Below are positions 37,504-46,889 of a stretch of DNA of 64,000 nucleotides, one piece after another. Below the pieces are notes generated by a model, which was not told where the DNA came from, ran no database searches, and was given only the letters and a program-made list of their open reading frames with translations. This DNA comes from Bacteroidales bacterium (GTDB lineage Bacteria; Bacteroidota; Bacteroidia; Bacteroidales; UBA932): NCBI GenBank assembly GCA_017443845.1, contig JAFSXX010000048.1, positions 5,823-69,822 on the forward strand. The letters are read 5' to 3'. Position 1 is the stretch's first letter; each line of letters opens with the position of its first letter. A program made the position numbers and the translations under genes.

Positions 37504-38725
37504 GGGCGTTCGAAGCGAACCTCTCGATATTGACGGAGCGGTTCGACGAGAACTTGACGCATTTTGTAGTGACGGACACGGTTCCGTCACTTTCTTTATG
37601 CGCCGCTGCCAGCCAGGCCATTCCAACGGGCTTCTCCGCGCTTCCGCCGCCCGGGCCGGCGATGCCGGAGGTGGCCACCGAGAAGTCGGTGCCCAGTTTG
37701 CGGAGCACTCCTTCGGCCATCTCCCTTACGCACTCCTCGCTTACCGCGCCGTGCTTTGCGATGGTTTCGGGGTTGACGCCCAAGGTTCCGGTTTTTACGG
37801 AGTTGGCATACGAAGTAACGGAGCCGTTATAGTACTCTGAACATCCTGCGACAGCTGTCATAAGCTCTGAGATCCTGCCTCCGGTGCACGATTCCGCTGC
37901 GGCGACTGTGGCCTTGCGCTCTTTCAGCAGGCGGCCGATGGCAATGGGAAGCGTATCCTCGCCCTCACCATAGATGGCATCGCCGATCCTTTCGCGCAAC
38001 TGCGCTACCTGCTCCTCGAAATCGGTATGGACTTCGAAAGAGGTGAAGCGCAGGCGGACGCCGACGGTGGGGTTGGGCAGGTATGCCAGGTGGATGTGGG
38101 AGGGAAGCGAGTCCTCGATATCGGCTATCTCGCAGGCGAGCTCGGATTCCGGAATGCCGAATGTCACTATAGTGCGATGGGAGATATCCTCGGTCCTGAA
38201 GCGGTCGCAGATATCGTTCATCAGGGTAGGGAGCAGACCGATGGCCTCGAAAGGTACTCCAGGCAGGGAGTAGAGCGATGAGGAGTTGGGGCCGAGATCG
38301 TGGAATGCCATTCCGGGAGCTGTTCCGAGCTGGTTGAGAAGCACCTCGCAGGTGTCGGGAACCATCGCCTGGGCTTGATTGGTCTCGAGCATCCTTATTC
38401 CCCTTGCGGAGAGGATCCTTTCTATTATTACCAGCTGGCCTTTGGAAAGGCGGTAGCCCTTGGCACCGGAAAGTTCGCGGAGGGCGTCTTTGGTAATGTC
38501 GTCCTTAGTGGGGCCGAGGCCGCCGGTAGAGATGACTATATCGCTCTCTTCGAGGCATTCCTTCAAACGAGAAATGATCTCCTGACGGTCGTCGCCGATG
38601 GAAATCATCCTGTTAACGCGTACTCCTATTTTGTTGAGTTCCCTGGCGATCGCCGAGGAATTGGTATCCACTATCTGGCCGATGAGTATCTCGTCGCCGA
38701 TAGTGCAGATTGTGGCTGTTGTCAT
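37460..38725 (-). CDS. cinA: CinA family protein (MoCF-binding domain plus nicotinamide-nucleotide amidase PncC domain)
   Basis: ATICTIGDEILIGQIVDTNSSAIA...TGGLGPTKDDITK and C-terminal AESCTGGRI...TSGIAGPGG. Confidence 0.92.
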   Translation of the reverse strand: MTTATICTIGDEILIGQIVDTNSSAIARELNKIGVRVNRMISIGDDRQEIISRLKECLEESDIVISTGGLGPTKDDITKDALRELSGAKGYRLSKGQLVIIERILSARGIRMLETNQAQAMVPDTCEVLLNQLGTAPGMAFHDLGPNSSSLYSLPGVPFEAIGLLPTLMNDICDRFRTEDISHRTIVTFGIPESELACEIADIEDSLPSHIHLAYLPNPTVGVRLRFTSFEVHTDFEEQVAQLRERIGDAIYGEGEDTLPIAIGRLLKERKATVAAAESCTGGRISELMTAVAGCSEYYNGSVTSYANSVKTGTLGVNPETIAKHGAVSEECVREMAEGVLRKLGTDFSVATSGIAGPGGGSAEKPVGMAWLAAAHKESDGTVSVTTKCVKFSSNRSVNIERFASNALNLLRLKILQTPCV

Positions 38726-39762
38726 TTCTTCTTTTTCTTTTTTGAATATTTCTCCGGGTTGCGCTGCTTGTCCACTGCGACCAGATGCTTGAGTATCTTC
38801 TTTATCAGCGAGGGACCCTCGAATGAGAGGGCGGTGTGCACCTCGATGAGGGCCGCGCCGTTGTCGAGCATCTGCTGTGCCTGTTCCGGAGTGGATATTC
38901 CGCCTGATACTATTATAGGTATGAGCTTCTGGCTCTTTTCATAAACATATTTCACCGTCTCCAACGAGTGTTCGAAGACCGGGGCGCCTGTGAGCTCGCC
39001 GTGAGGCATAGTGCATCCGGTCTGGTCGAGGTTGTAGGTGGAGCCGGAGACCACGAGCCCGTCGATGCCAAAGCTGAGTACCGTATGCACGGCGAGGTCT
39101 ATCTGGTCTCTGGAGAGATCGGGCGGAAGCTTGATGAGGATCGGGTTGTTGTGGTCGTTGAAGCGCCTGATAGTGGTGATGCGGTCGATGATCTCAGCCA
39201 GATACTTCATATCGGTATCGAGCATATTGACCACGACGATATCGCTGAAATCGTAGATGAGGGTATAGGCCCTGTCGATGTCTTCGACCGCCTTTTCGGC
39301 CGGAGTCTCGTTGTTTTTGCCTATGTTGGCAATTACTACCAGATCTTCCCGCGGAGGATTCTGCTGGATGTTGCTAATCGCCTGGCGGACTCCCTGGTTG
39401 GCGTGCCCGAAATTGTTCACGAATGCCTTGCGGCCCTTCAGGCGCAGCCAGCGGGGTTTCTCGTTGCCGCTCTGGGGAGCGTTGGTAAGGGTTCCGATCT
39501 CGACGAAGCCGGGTCCGAAATTACCCAGGTCGTTGTAGAACAGTCCGTCGCAGTCGATTCCTGCGGAGATGCCGACAGGGTTCTTGAAATGCACGCCGAA
39601 TATATCCCGCTCAAGTGAGGGGTGGGAGTAGCAATGTCCCAGTCTGATCAGAGGGCAGACCAATGGAATGCGCCTCAAGATCTCCAGCGTCTTAAAGGTG
39701 ATCTTGTGGGCGGTTTCCGGATTGAAGGAGAACAGGATTGGACGTAATAGACTCTTGTACAT
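38722..39762 (-). CDS. pyrD: Dihydroorotate dehydrogenase (quinone), class 2
   Basis: MYKSLLRPILFSFNPETAHK start, GFVEIGT, NFGHANQG, IVSGGISTPEQAQ. Overlaps the cinA start (ATGA). Confidence 0.92.
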   Translation of the reverse strand: MYKSLLRPILFSFNPETAHKITFKTLEILRRIPLVCPLIRLGHCYSHPSLERDIFGVHFKNPVGISAGIDCDGLFYNDLGNFGPGFVEIGTLTNAPQSGNEKPRWLRLKGRKAFVNNFGHANQGVRQAISNIQQNPPREDLVVIANIGKNNETPAEKAVEDIDRAYTLIYDFSDIVVVNMLDTDMKYLAEIIDRITTIRRFNDHNNPILIKLPPDLSRDQIDLAVHTVLSFGIDGLVVSGSTYNLDQTGCTMPHGELTGAPVFEHSLETVKYVYEKSQKLIPIIVSGGISTPEQAQQMLDNGAALIEVHTALSFEGPSLIKKILKHLVAVDKQRNPEKYSKKKKKK

Positions 39763-39807
39763 CTTCGGTCTGCGGGAATCTTTCTCGGCCGCAGCACAAA
39801 GGTAACA

Positions 39808-40293
39808 TTATTTTTCTTCGTATGTTCCGTCGGAGTAGAAGATGGTGACCCGGACGATTTTCCTCTCCCTGGAGGCGCTTTTAGGGGCCGAAATTTGCGT
39901 ATCGTCCTCAAAAGAAGGGGCAAATATGGGATTCTCAGCGGGTTGAGCGAGGTCGAAATCGTCTATAAACTCCTCATCCTCAAATTGTTGGTCCTGGTCA
40001 GAGGGCTGTTCGGGGAATTGCTCTTGAGCAAACAATGAACTGCTTTGGGCAGATTCGGGGAGTGGCTGGGCCGAATTCTTGTACGGTTTGCCCTTTCCCG
40101 TCATGATCCACTCCGCGCTCAGGTCGGGGTAGGTGGCGAGCATCTTCGAAATAAAATCGAAGCTCGGTTTGTTACGTCCCGCCAGAAGGTGGGAGATACC
40201 GGAACGCTGGATTCCGATCGAATCCGCAAACTTGGCAGGAGAGAGGTCCTCCATTTTCAAAAACTGCTTTAATCTGCTCTCGAATGACTCCAT
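39808..40293 (-). CDS. XRE-type helix-turn-helix DNA-binding protein with acidic/Gln-rich C-terminal region
   Basis: LSPAKFADSIGIQRSGISHLLAGRNKPSFDFISKMLATYPDLSAEWIMTGKGKPY is a conserved Bacteroidetes HTH module. The start is set at MESFESRL (40293). Confidence 0.75.
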   Translation of the reverse strand: MESFESRLKQFLKMEDLSPAKFADSIGIQRSGISHLLAGRNKPSFDFISKMLATYPDLSAEWIMTGKGKPYKNSAQPLPESAQSSSLFAQEQFPEQPSDQDQQFEDEEFIDDFDLAQPAENPIFAPSFEDDTQISAPKSASRERKIVRVTIFYSDGTYEEK

Positions 40294-40825
40294 AATCTTG
40301 TAACTTTTTAGCGATACAAATGTAAATATAAATTGTTGATAAAACAAAGCGTTTTGTGTCGATTTTGAGTGTTTACAAAAGTGATTTACATTTATCAAAG
40401 GCTGAATAGTGCGAATCATTGCCAGAAGCGTCTAAAATTGGCAAAGTAAAGGTTTATATAATCCTTGTAAATAATTGGGTTTTAGTGTATAGATGGCGGA
40501 TAAATCGCTTTGTAAACAGGTTTTTCAACGGCTTCGGGGTTTATCGTCTCGATATACATAATCTTAAGCTTTAGTTAGTTGCTATTAAATCGCTGGGAAT
40601 GTGCTATTTAGGTGCTCTATATTTACAAGTTTTCAACAATGCGTAACAGCGGTGGATGTTGGTTGTCCTAAAACTCGTTGATAAAGTTGTAAACTGTTGA
40701 AGGCGTCCGTGATTTGAACCGGGAATATATTTTTGTTCTCGTGGCATTGTATTTTTGTAAACTCAGAGCATTGCTTCATCACCCCGGCTGAGCCTTGACT
40801 TTTTTTTGCTACCTTTGCCCCCCGA
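40294..40825. promoter_or_regulatory. 530-bp AT-rich divergent intergenic region with about 9 copies of TTGTAAA(C/T)/(A/G)TTTACAA
   Basis: Motif copies start at 40298, 40321, 40465, 40510, 40687 and 40755 on the plus strand. Copies on the minus strand start at 40371, 40384 and 40621. TAnnTTTG-like -7 boxes lie at 40750-40757 and 40810-40817. Confidence 0.5.
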
Positions 40826-42055
40826 ATGTTGAGAGATATTAAAATAGAGGATTATGATTACCCCCTTCCAGAGGGGCGTATAGCTAAGTTTCCGTTGGAG
40901 CACAGGGATGATTCCAAACTTCTTGTCTATACGGCAAGTTCCGGAGAATCGCCTGTAGAGTCTTCGTTCAAGGATATCTCCCGTTTTTTGCCTTCTGGAG
41001 GCGTTATGGTCTTCAATGAGACAAAGGTCGTACCTGCAAGATTGTTCTTCCAGAGGCCTACAGGGGCGATTATCGAGGTTTTCTGCCTCGAACCCGCGGC
41101 TCCTTCGGATTACCAGCTCAATTTTGCCTCGACCTCCCGGTGTGACTGGAAAGTCATAGTGGGAAATCTGAAAAAGTGGAAAGGCGATACCCTCTCCCTG
41201 TATAATCCTGATAAAGATCCGGTTGTGGATGCGATCGGGCTCAAGGCTATTCTGGTCGACAATGCCGGGAATAGCTGTATTGTCCGCTTCGAGTGGGATA
41301 ATGGCATGAGTTTCTCCGAAGTCCTCTCCCATTGCGGCAGGATACCCATTCCTCCGTATTTGAAGAGGGATACCCAGGCCATAGACCTGGAGCGCTACCA
41401 GACCACCTATGCGATGAGGGAAGGATCTGTGGCAGCTCCCACCGCCGGTCTCCATTTTACGGATAAAGAGTTCCGCGATATCGCCGAAAAGGGGATTCAG
41501 GTGATGAAATTGTCGCTCCACGTGGGTGCCGGAACCTTCCTTCCCGTCAAGAGCGAGCGCATTGTGGACCATACGATGCACAGTGAGCCCTTTGAAGTGC
41601 AAATCGGCTTCCTGAGGGCTTTGAAGGCCGCTTGTAACGGTCCGGTTATAGCCGTTGGGACCACTTCTGCGAGGTGTCTCGAGTCGCTTTACTTCCTCGG
41701 AGCGCACTGTATCGAGGGTCACGAACCCCAGAGTGTCGCGCAGTGGGAGCCATACCGCGAACAGGGGTATGACTATACCGCAGAGGAGGCCCTTTCCGCA
41801 CTGATATCATATATGGAGGCCCGCGGACTCGACCGTCTTGTCTCCAGAACCCAAATCATAATAGTTCCCGGTTACAAATTCAGAATAATTGACTATCTTG
41901 TGACGAATTTCCATCAGCCCCGGAGCACCCTTCTGCTCCTGATTGCGGCCTTTATCGGGGAATCCTGGAGGAATGTGTACCGATTCGCCCTTGACAACGG
42001 GTTCCGCTTTTTAAGTTACGGGGATTCGTCATTATTACAGAAAAAGAGAGTATAG
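40826..42055 (+). CDS. queA: S-adenosylmethionine:tRNA ribosyltransferase-isomerase
   Basis: IEDYDYPLPEGRIAKFPLEHRDDSKLLVY, PIPPYLKR, YQTTYA..GSVAAPTAGLHF and FRFLSYGDSSLL are QueA hallmarks. It is longer (409 aa) than typical QueA. Confidence 0.92.
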   Translation: MLRDIKIEDYDYPLPEGRIAKFPLEHRDDSKLLVYTASSGESPVESSFKDISRFLPSGGVMVFNETKVVPARLFFQRPTGAIIEVFCLEPAAPSDYQLNFASTSRCDWKVIVGNLKKWKGDTLSLYNPDKDPVVDAIGLKAILVDNAGNSCIVRFEWDNGMSFSEVLSHCGRIPIPPYLKRDTQAIDLERYQTTYAMREGSVAAPTAGLHFTDKEFRDIAEKGIQVMKLSLHVGAGTFLPVKSERIVDHTMHSEPFEVQIGFLRALKAACNGPVIAVGTTSARCLESLYFLGAHCIEGHEPQSVAQWEPYREQGYDYTAEEALSALISYMEARGLDRLVSRTQIIIVPGYKFRIIDYLVTNFHQPRSTLLLLIAAFIGESWRNVYRFALDNGFRFLSYGDSSLLQKKRV

Positions 42056-42057
42056 AA

Positions 42058-42822
42058 ATGAAAAAATATCGTTGGATCATATTGCTCGTAACTATGGCTG
42101 CGGCTATCGCTGCGGCAGGTTACATTCCTGAAACGCAGAAGATTGAGACTGCGCAGATGACCACCTCCAATGTAGGTTACCTGGTTTCGTGTGCGGTTGC
42201 CTTTTCGCTCTTCTGCGTCGTTTTCTGCCTGGCACTGCTGGGTGGCAGGCTTCAGATGAGGCCTCTTCTCAGCCTCTTCCTGTGGATGGCGCTTGCCGTC
42301 CTTATACTTGTGGGAGTGGCTGTCCTTATCATACGGCTCACTGCCGGAGTCATATCCTGGCTGTGGGGGATCGGTGCCCCCGTGGTTGTCATCGCCCTGT
42401 TCCTTTGGCTCTATTTCCGCTATCGCAAGATTTCGGGAGACAAGGCGGCCGAGACTTCGGTCCGCAAGAGTGCCTCCGGAGCAGGTGAGATCAGGTTCAG
42501 TTTCAGGGTTCTTTTCGCTTCGATGGGTATCCTCCTTCTGACCGGAATCATCGCTCTCATCGTAGGGCAACCGAGCCACTATCTTTTCGTCCCGCTTTCG
42601 TTCGCAACCCTCGCAATTTTGCTCTGGAGGCTCCTGAAATGGCGTGGATTTATGCTTATCGGGGCATTAACTATTGTGTTATATGTGCTGCGATACTGCG
42701 TTCCGGACCAGATTTCGTTTACGGCGGGCAATTATTGGCCTTCTTTGGCTTTGACCCTGCTTTATCTGGGTCTTGTGGTGCCCCTTTCGGACCTTTATTG
42801 TCGGAAAGAGAGCTCCATCTAA
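42058..42822 (+). CDS. Hypothetical polytopic membrane protein
   Basis: 254 aa with about 7 hydrophobic segments and no recognisable motifs. It starts 3 nt after the queA stop. Confidence 0.55.
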   Translation: MKKYRWIILLVTMAAAIAAAGYIPETQKIETAQMTTSNVGYLVSCAVAFSLFCVVFCLALLGGRLQMRPLLSLFLWMALAVLILVGVAVLIIRLTAGVISWLWGIGAPVVVIALFLWLYFRYRKISGDKAAETSVRKSASGAGEIRFSFRVLFASMGILLLTGIIALIVGQPSHYLFVPLSFATLAILLWRLLKWRGFMLIGALTIVLYVLRYCVPDQISFTAGNYWPSLALTLLYLGLVVPLSDLYCRKESSI

Positions 42823-42840
42823 AGCAATACTTTAGCTAAA

Positions 42841-43998
42841 ATGTTCGAAAAAATAAGACCATATAACGACGAAAAGGTGCGGGAGGTCATTTCGGCCTTC
42901 GCAAAGCATCCGATTGTCTCCCAAATCAGTGATTTCCTATATCCAGGACAGGATCATGCCGTTCTGCAAAAGACTCTGTCAGAGGTAAATGGGGTATTTG
43001 ACTTCCAGCAAAAGGTGATGTACCCGGCAATCGGCCAGATAGTGAAAGCCACTACCGGCGGGCTGACTTACGACGGTATCGGGTATTTCAGGCAGGAAAA
43101 ATCCAACTACCTCATTGTCTCGAACCACCGTGACATTGTCCTGGATTCCGCGTTCCTGCAGTATATAATGCGCGACAACGATCTGCCTACGACCGAGATC
43201 GCGGTCGGCAACAATCTGCTAGCTATCCAGTTCGTGGCAGATCTGATGCTCTCCAACAGGATGATAGAGGTTGTCAGGGACGGCTCTCCGAGGGATGTTT
43301 ACCGCAATTCCTGCCATTTCTCGGACTATATCCGCAGGCGTATTACCGGGCGCAGCCTGGATTCCGATGAGGGAATGGCTGAGGATGGAGGCGCCTCGAT
43401 ATGGCTCGCGCAGCGCCAGGGAAGGACCAAGGACGGCTTCGACATGACCGAGCAGGGCATACTCAAGATGCTCGATGTCAGCGGTACAGGCGGCTTCGCC
43501 GATGCGTTTGAGGAGCTCCGTATCCTGCCTATGTCCATATCGTACGAATATGAGCCCTGCGGCGTCCAGAAGGCGCTCGAATGTTGGAGGAAGTCCCGTT
43601 TCGGCGCATATACCAAGGCGGAGATGGAAGATGTCCACAGTATGCTTTCGGGCATAATGCAGAATAAGGGGCGGGTACATATCTCGCTGTGTGAGCCTCT
43701 TACGCGCGAAGAGCTGGAAACTGCGGCTTCACGCGACCGCAACGAGCGCTACCGTAAGCTTGCGGAAATCATTGATAAGAAGATTATTGACGGCTATCAT
43801 CTCTGGGATACCTCGAGGTATGCCGCCGAGATTCTCGACGGTAAAAAGAGCAACCCTGAATTCGAGGCATTCATTGAAGAAGAGATCTCCAGCTTACCGA
43901 AGGACTGCGACCACGATGCCATAAGGAAGAATCTCCTGACCATTTACGCGGTACCTTACCTCAGAAAGAATAATCTTCAGCCATATTTCCGCAGATAG
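42841..43998 (+). CDS. Acyltransferase of the PlsC/GPAT (lysophospholipid acyltransferase) family
   Basis: The H(x4)D motif in SNHRDIVLDSAF and the downstream VGNNL and QRQGRTKDG blocks are typical of 1-acyl-sn-glycerol-3-phosphate acyltransferase-like proteins. Confidence 0.65.
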   Translation: MFEKIRPYNDEKVREVISAFAKHPIVSQISDFLYPGQDHAVLQKTLSEVNGVFDFQQKVMYPAIGQIVKATTGGLTYDGIGYFRQEKSNYLIVSNHRDIVLDSAFLQYIMRDNDLPTTEIAVGNNLLAIQFVADLMLSNRMIEVVRDGSPRDVYRNSCHFSDYIRRRITGRSLDSDEGMAEDGGASIWLAQRQGRTKDGFDMTEQGILKMLDVSGTGGFADAFEELRILPMSISYEYEPCGVQKALECWRKSRFGAYTKAEMEDVHSMLSGIMQNKGRVHISLCEPLTREELETAASRDRNERYRKLAEIIDKKIIDGYHLWDTSRYAAEILDGKKSNPEFEAFIEEEISSLPKDCDHDAIRKNLLTIYAVPYLRKNNLQPYFRR

Positions 43999-44020
43999 CA
44001 GAATAGTCCGCAGAAAAAGA

Positions 44021-44052
44021 AGAAAGCCGCTTTCATCGAAAGCGGCTTTCTT
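44021..44052. terminator. Bidirectional terminator hairpin between the acyltransferase gene and tRNA-Val
   Basis: AAAGCCGCTTT-catcg-AAAGCGGCTTT is flanked by an A-rich run upstream and a T-rich run downstream. Confidence 0.75.
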
Positions 44053-44053
44053 G

Positions 44054-44128
44054 TGGGAGTAGACGGATTCGAACCGCCGACCCTCTGCTTGTAAGGCAGA
44101 TGCTCTAAACCAGCTGAGCTATGCTCCC
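44054..44128 (-). tRNA. tRNA-Val (anticodon TAC), CCA not encoded
   Basis: The reverse complement folds as GGGAGCA-TA-GCTC..GAGC-A-TCTGC-CTTACAA-GCAGA-GGGTC-GGCGG-TTCGAAT-CCGTC-TACTCCC-A. Confidence 0.9.
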
Positions 44129-44203
44129 TCGTTTGGGACTGCAAAGATATTCACTTTTTGGTTTCCTGCAAAAAAATGTTTTGAATTTTCTGACCCTGTC
44201 TGC

Positions 44204-44261
44204 CAATTTGTCGCAAAGTGCGGGCTGGTATCCATTTTGAAATGGTATGGGCGACAAATTG
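44204..44261 (+). promoter_or_regulatory. Putative htpG promoter/operator: CAATTTGTCGC-N11-TGGTA-N5-TTTG plus an inverted second copy GCGACAAATTG
   Basis: The 11-mer at 44204-44214 is identical to 1843-1853 upstream of grpE. Its perfect inverted copy lies at 44251-44261. The TTTG boxes are at 44207-44210 and 44236-44239, the same 29-nt offset as at grpE. Confidence 0.45.
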
Positions 44262-44287
44262 AAACAATAGATAAAAACATAACAATT

Positions 44288-46150
44288 ATGGCACAAGGAA
44301 AAATAGGAGTAACTACCGAGAATATATTCCCGGTTATCAAACAATTCCTCTATTCTGACCGCGACATCTTCGTTCGCGAACTGGTCGCCAATGCAGTGGA
44401 TGCCACCCAGAAACTCAAGGCTCTGGCTTCTTCCGGCGAGTTCAAGGGTGATCTCGGCGATTTGACAATCCACATCGAGGCTGACCCCAAGGCCGGTACC
44501 CTTAAGATCATTGACCACGGTATCGGCATGACAGAGGAGGAGGTCGATAAGTATATCAACCAGATAGCATTCTCCAGCGCGGGCGAGTTCCTCGAGAAAT
44601 ACAAGGACCAGACGGGAATCATCGGCCATTTCGGCCTGGGATTCTACTCCTCGTTCATGGTATCCAAGACAGTCACTATCGAGTCCCTGTCATACAAAGA
44701 GGGAGCGAAGGCTGTCAAATGGTCGTGCAACGGCGATCCCGAGTATAAGATGGAGCCTTGCGAAAAGGCGGACCGCGGCACCGTCATCACTCTCTATCTC
44801 GATGATGAATCCAAGGAATACGCCGAAGAGAGCCGCGTAGGCGAGCTCCTCCACAGGTACTGCAAGTTTATGCCTGTTCCCGTGGCCCTGGGCAAGAAGA
44901 AGGAGTGGAAGGACGGCAAGTATGTCGATACCGAGGAGGACAATGTCATCAATACCCTGGAGCCCCTCTGGGCCAAGAAGCCTTCCGATTTGAAGGACGA
45001 GGATTATATGGAGTTCTACCACAGCCTCTATCCGACGCTCGACGATCCGTTGTTCTATATCCACCTGAATGTGGATTATCCGTTCAACCTCACCGGAATC
45101 CTCTATTTCCCGAAGATCAAGAACCAGCTGGAGGTCTCCAAGAACAAGATCCAGCTCTACTGCAACCAGATGTTCGTCACCGATTCGGTCGAGAATATAG
45201 TGCCCGAGTTCATGACGCTGCTCCACGGTGTCATTGATTCCCCCGATATTCCCCTGAATGTGTCGAGAAGCTATCTGCAGTCCGATTCCAATGTCAAGAA
45301 GATATCGGGATACATCACCAAGAAGGTTGCGGACCGTCTTGAGGAGATCGCGAAGAACAAGAAGGAGGAGTTCCAGCAGAAGTGGGACAATCTCAAGCTC
45401 TTCATCGAGTACGGTATGCTTACCGATGAGAAGTTCAACGAGCGCGCGCAGAAATTCGCTCTGCTCAAGAACACCGACGGCAAGTATTTCAATTACGACG
45501 ACTATCGCAAGGCCATCGAGCCGGAGCAGACCGACAAGGACAAGAAGGTGGTTTACCTTTACGCCTCGGATGTGCAGAACCAGTTCCCTTACATCGAGGC
45601 GGCAAAGAACAAGGGATACGATGTCCTGCTCTTCGATTCGCCGCTCGACGCCCATTTCGTGAATCTGCTCGAGAACAAGTTCAAGGATTCGCGCTTCGTG
45701 CGTGTCGATGCCGATTCCGTCGACCGCCTGATCCCTAAGGACGAGGCGGAGAAGTTCGAAATCACCGACGACCAGAAGAAGGCCCTCCAGGCTACGGTCG
45801 AGGAGATAATGCCGAAGGAGTATAAATACGAGGCGCAGGTCGCCAACCTCGGCGAGACGGCGCAGCCTATCCTCATTACCCAGAGCGAGTTCATGCGCCG
45901 TTACCGCGATATGGCGGCTCTCGGCGGAGGAATGAACTTCTACGGCGAGATTCCGGAGACTTACAATATCGTCATCAATGCCCAGAATCCCCTTATCAAG
46001 AAGATAATGGGCGAGGAGGGAGTCACGGCGCTCAAGGCCGACAACAAACTGCTTCGTCAGGCCGCCGACCTGGCCCTGCTCGGCAACGGAATGCTCAAGG
46101 GCAAGGCATTGTCGGATTTCATCCGCAGGAGTGAGGATTTCATAAGATAA
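44288..46150 (+). CDS. htpG: Molecular chaperone HtpG (Hsp90)
   Basis: IFPVIKQFLYSDRDIFVRELVANAVDA (the Hsp90 N-terminal ATPase signature region), GHFGLGFYSSFMV and IDSPDIPLNVSR. The start is set at MAQGKIG (44288). Confidence 0.96.
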   Translation: MAQGKIGVTTENIFPVIKQFLYSDRDIFVRELVANAVDATQKLKALASSGEFKGDLGDLTIHIEADPKAGTLKIIDHGIGMTEEEVDKYINQIAFSSAGEFLEKYKDQTGIIGHFGLGFYSSFMVSKTVTIESLSYKEGAKAVKWSCNGDPEYKMEPCEKADRGTVITLYLDDESKEYAEESRVGELLHRYCKFMPVPVALGKKKEWKDGKYVDTEEDNVINTLEPLWAKKPSDLKDEDYMEFYHSLYPTLDDPLFYIHLNVDYPFNLTGILYFPKIKNQLEVSKNKIQLYCNQMFVTDSVENIVPEFMTLLHGVIDSPDIPLNVSRSYLQSDSNVKKISGYITKKVADRLEEIAKNKKEEFQQKWDNLKLFIEYGMLTDEKFNERAQKFALLKNTDGKYFNYDDYRKAIEPEQTDKDKKVVYLYASDVQNQFPYIEAAKNKGYDVLLFDSPLDAHFVNLLENKFKDSRFVRVDADSVDRLIPKDEAEKFEITDDQKKALQATVEEIMPKEYKYEAQVANLGETAQPILITQSEFMRRYRDMAALGGGMNFYGEIPETYNIVINAQNPLIKKIMGEEGVTALKADNKLLRQAADLALLGNGMLKGKALSDFIRRSEDFIR

Positions 46151-46160
46151 GATTAGGAAT

Positions 46161-46889
46161 ATGAAAAAGGTTATGACTATGGCCGCGATGGCGGCGCTCC
46201 TGATTTTCGTCTCGGGATGCAAGGGCGGAAACAGGAATGTTGCACAGGCCCCGGCCGAAGAGGTTAAGGAGACCGTGAAGTCCGGAGACCTGCTTTTCGT
46301 CGCGATTCCGGCCGATTACCAGCTCGACGACATATCGGATGCCATCGCTCAATCCACCGGAAGCGGGGAGAAAAATTATATCCATACCGCCATACTCGAT
46401 GTGGATTCGGCCGGCGTGTGGGTTCTCGATGCCACTATCAAGCACGGGGTGGACCGCCATCCGCTGGATACCTTCCTCGTGGATTTCACTCTCAAGGACG
46501 GATCGTATCCCGACCTGGAGGTGTGGAGGCTCAACGACGATGCCGATGCCGCGAAGTATGTGAGCAACGCCACTGCCTATATCGGCGAGGCGTATGACTT
46601 TACCTTCACGGCCGACAACGGGACGCATTACTGCACCGAGCTGGTGTACGATTCCTATGTCACCCCCGACGGCACGCATATATTCAATACCGTACCTATG
46701 AACTTCGCCCTGCCCGACGGTACCATGCCGGATTACTGGAAGCAGCTCTTCGCCAAGCTCGGAACCGATATTCCCCAGGGCGAACCCGGCACCAATCCGC
46801 AGATGATGCGCACCGAGCCCGCGATCCACAGGGTGGATGTGAATCTGTTGGATTATTCTTATCTTTGTCCAACTCAAAAGCAGGAATGA
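46161..46889 (+). CDS. YiiX/YaeF-family permuted papain-like (NlpC/P60 superfamily) lipoprotein
   Basis: Lipobox LLIFVSGC. The order GDLLFV...IHTAIL...HYCTELVY matches the permuted His...Cys arrangement of the DUF830/YiiX family. Confidence 0.6.
   Translation: MKKVMTMAAMAALLIFVSGCKGGNRNVAQAPAEEVKETVKSGDLLFVAIPADYQLDDISDAIAQSTGSGEKNYIHTAILDVDSAGVWVLDATIKHGVDRHPLDTFLVDFTLKDGSYPDLEVWRLNDDADAAKYVSNATAYIGEAYDFTFTADNGTHYCTELVYDSYVTPDGTHIFNTVPMNFALPDGTMPDYWKQLFAKLGTDIPQGEPGTNPQMMRTEPAIHRVDVNLLDYSYLCPTQKQE

Noticed and set aside
40294-40825. AT-rich region as the chromosomal origin (oriC)
   Set aside because: There is no cluster of DnaA boxes. Only weak 2-mismatch matches such as GCGGATAAA are present, and no dnaA or dnaN is nearby. 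The single perfect TGTGGATAA at 56217-56225 is isolated.
44690-46222. 510-aa ORF on the minus strand
   Set aside because: It is antisense to htpG and has a low-complexity Leu/Glu/Arg/Asp-rich translation.
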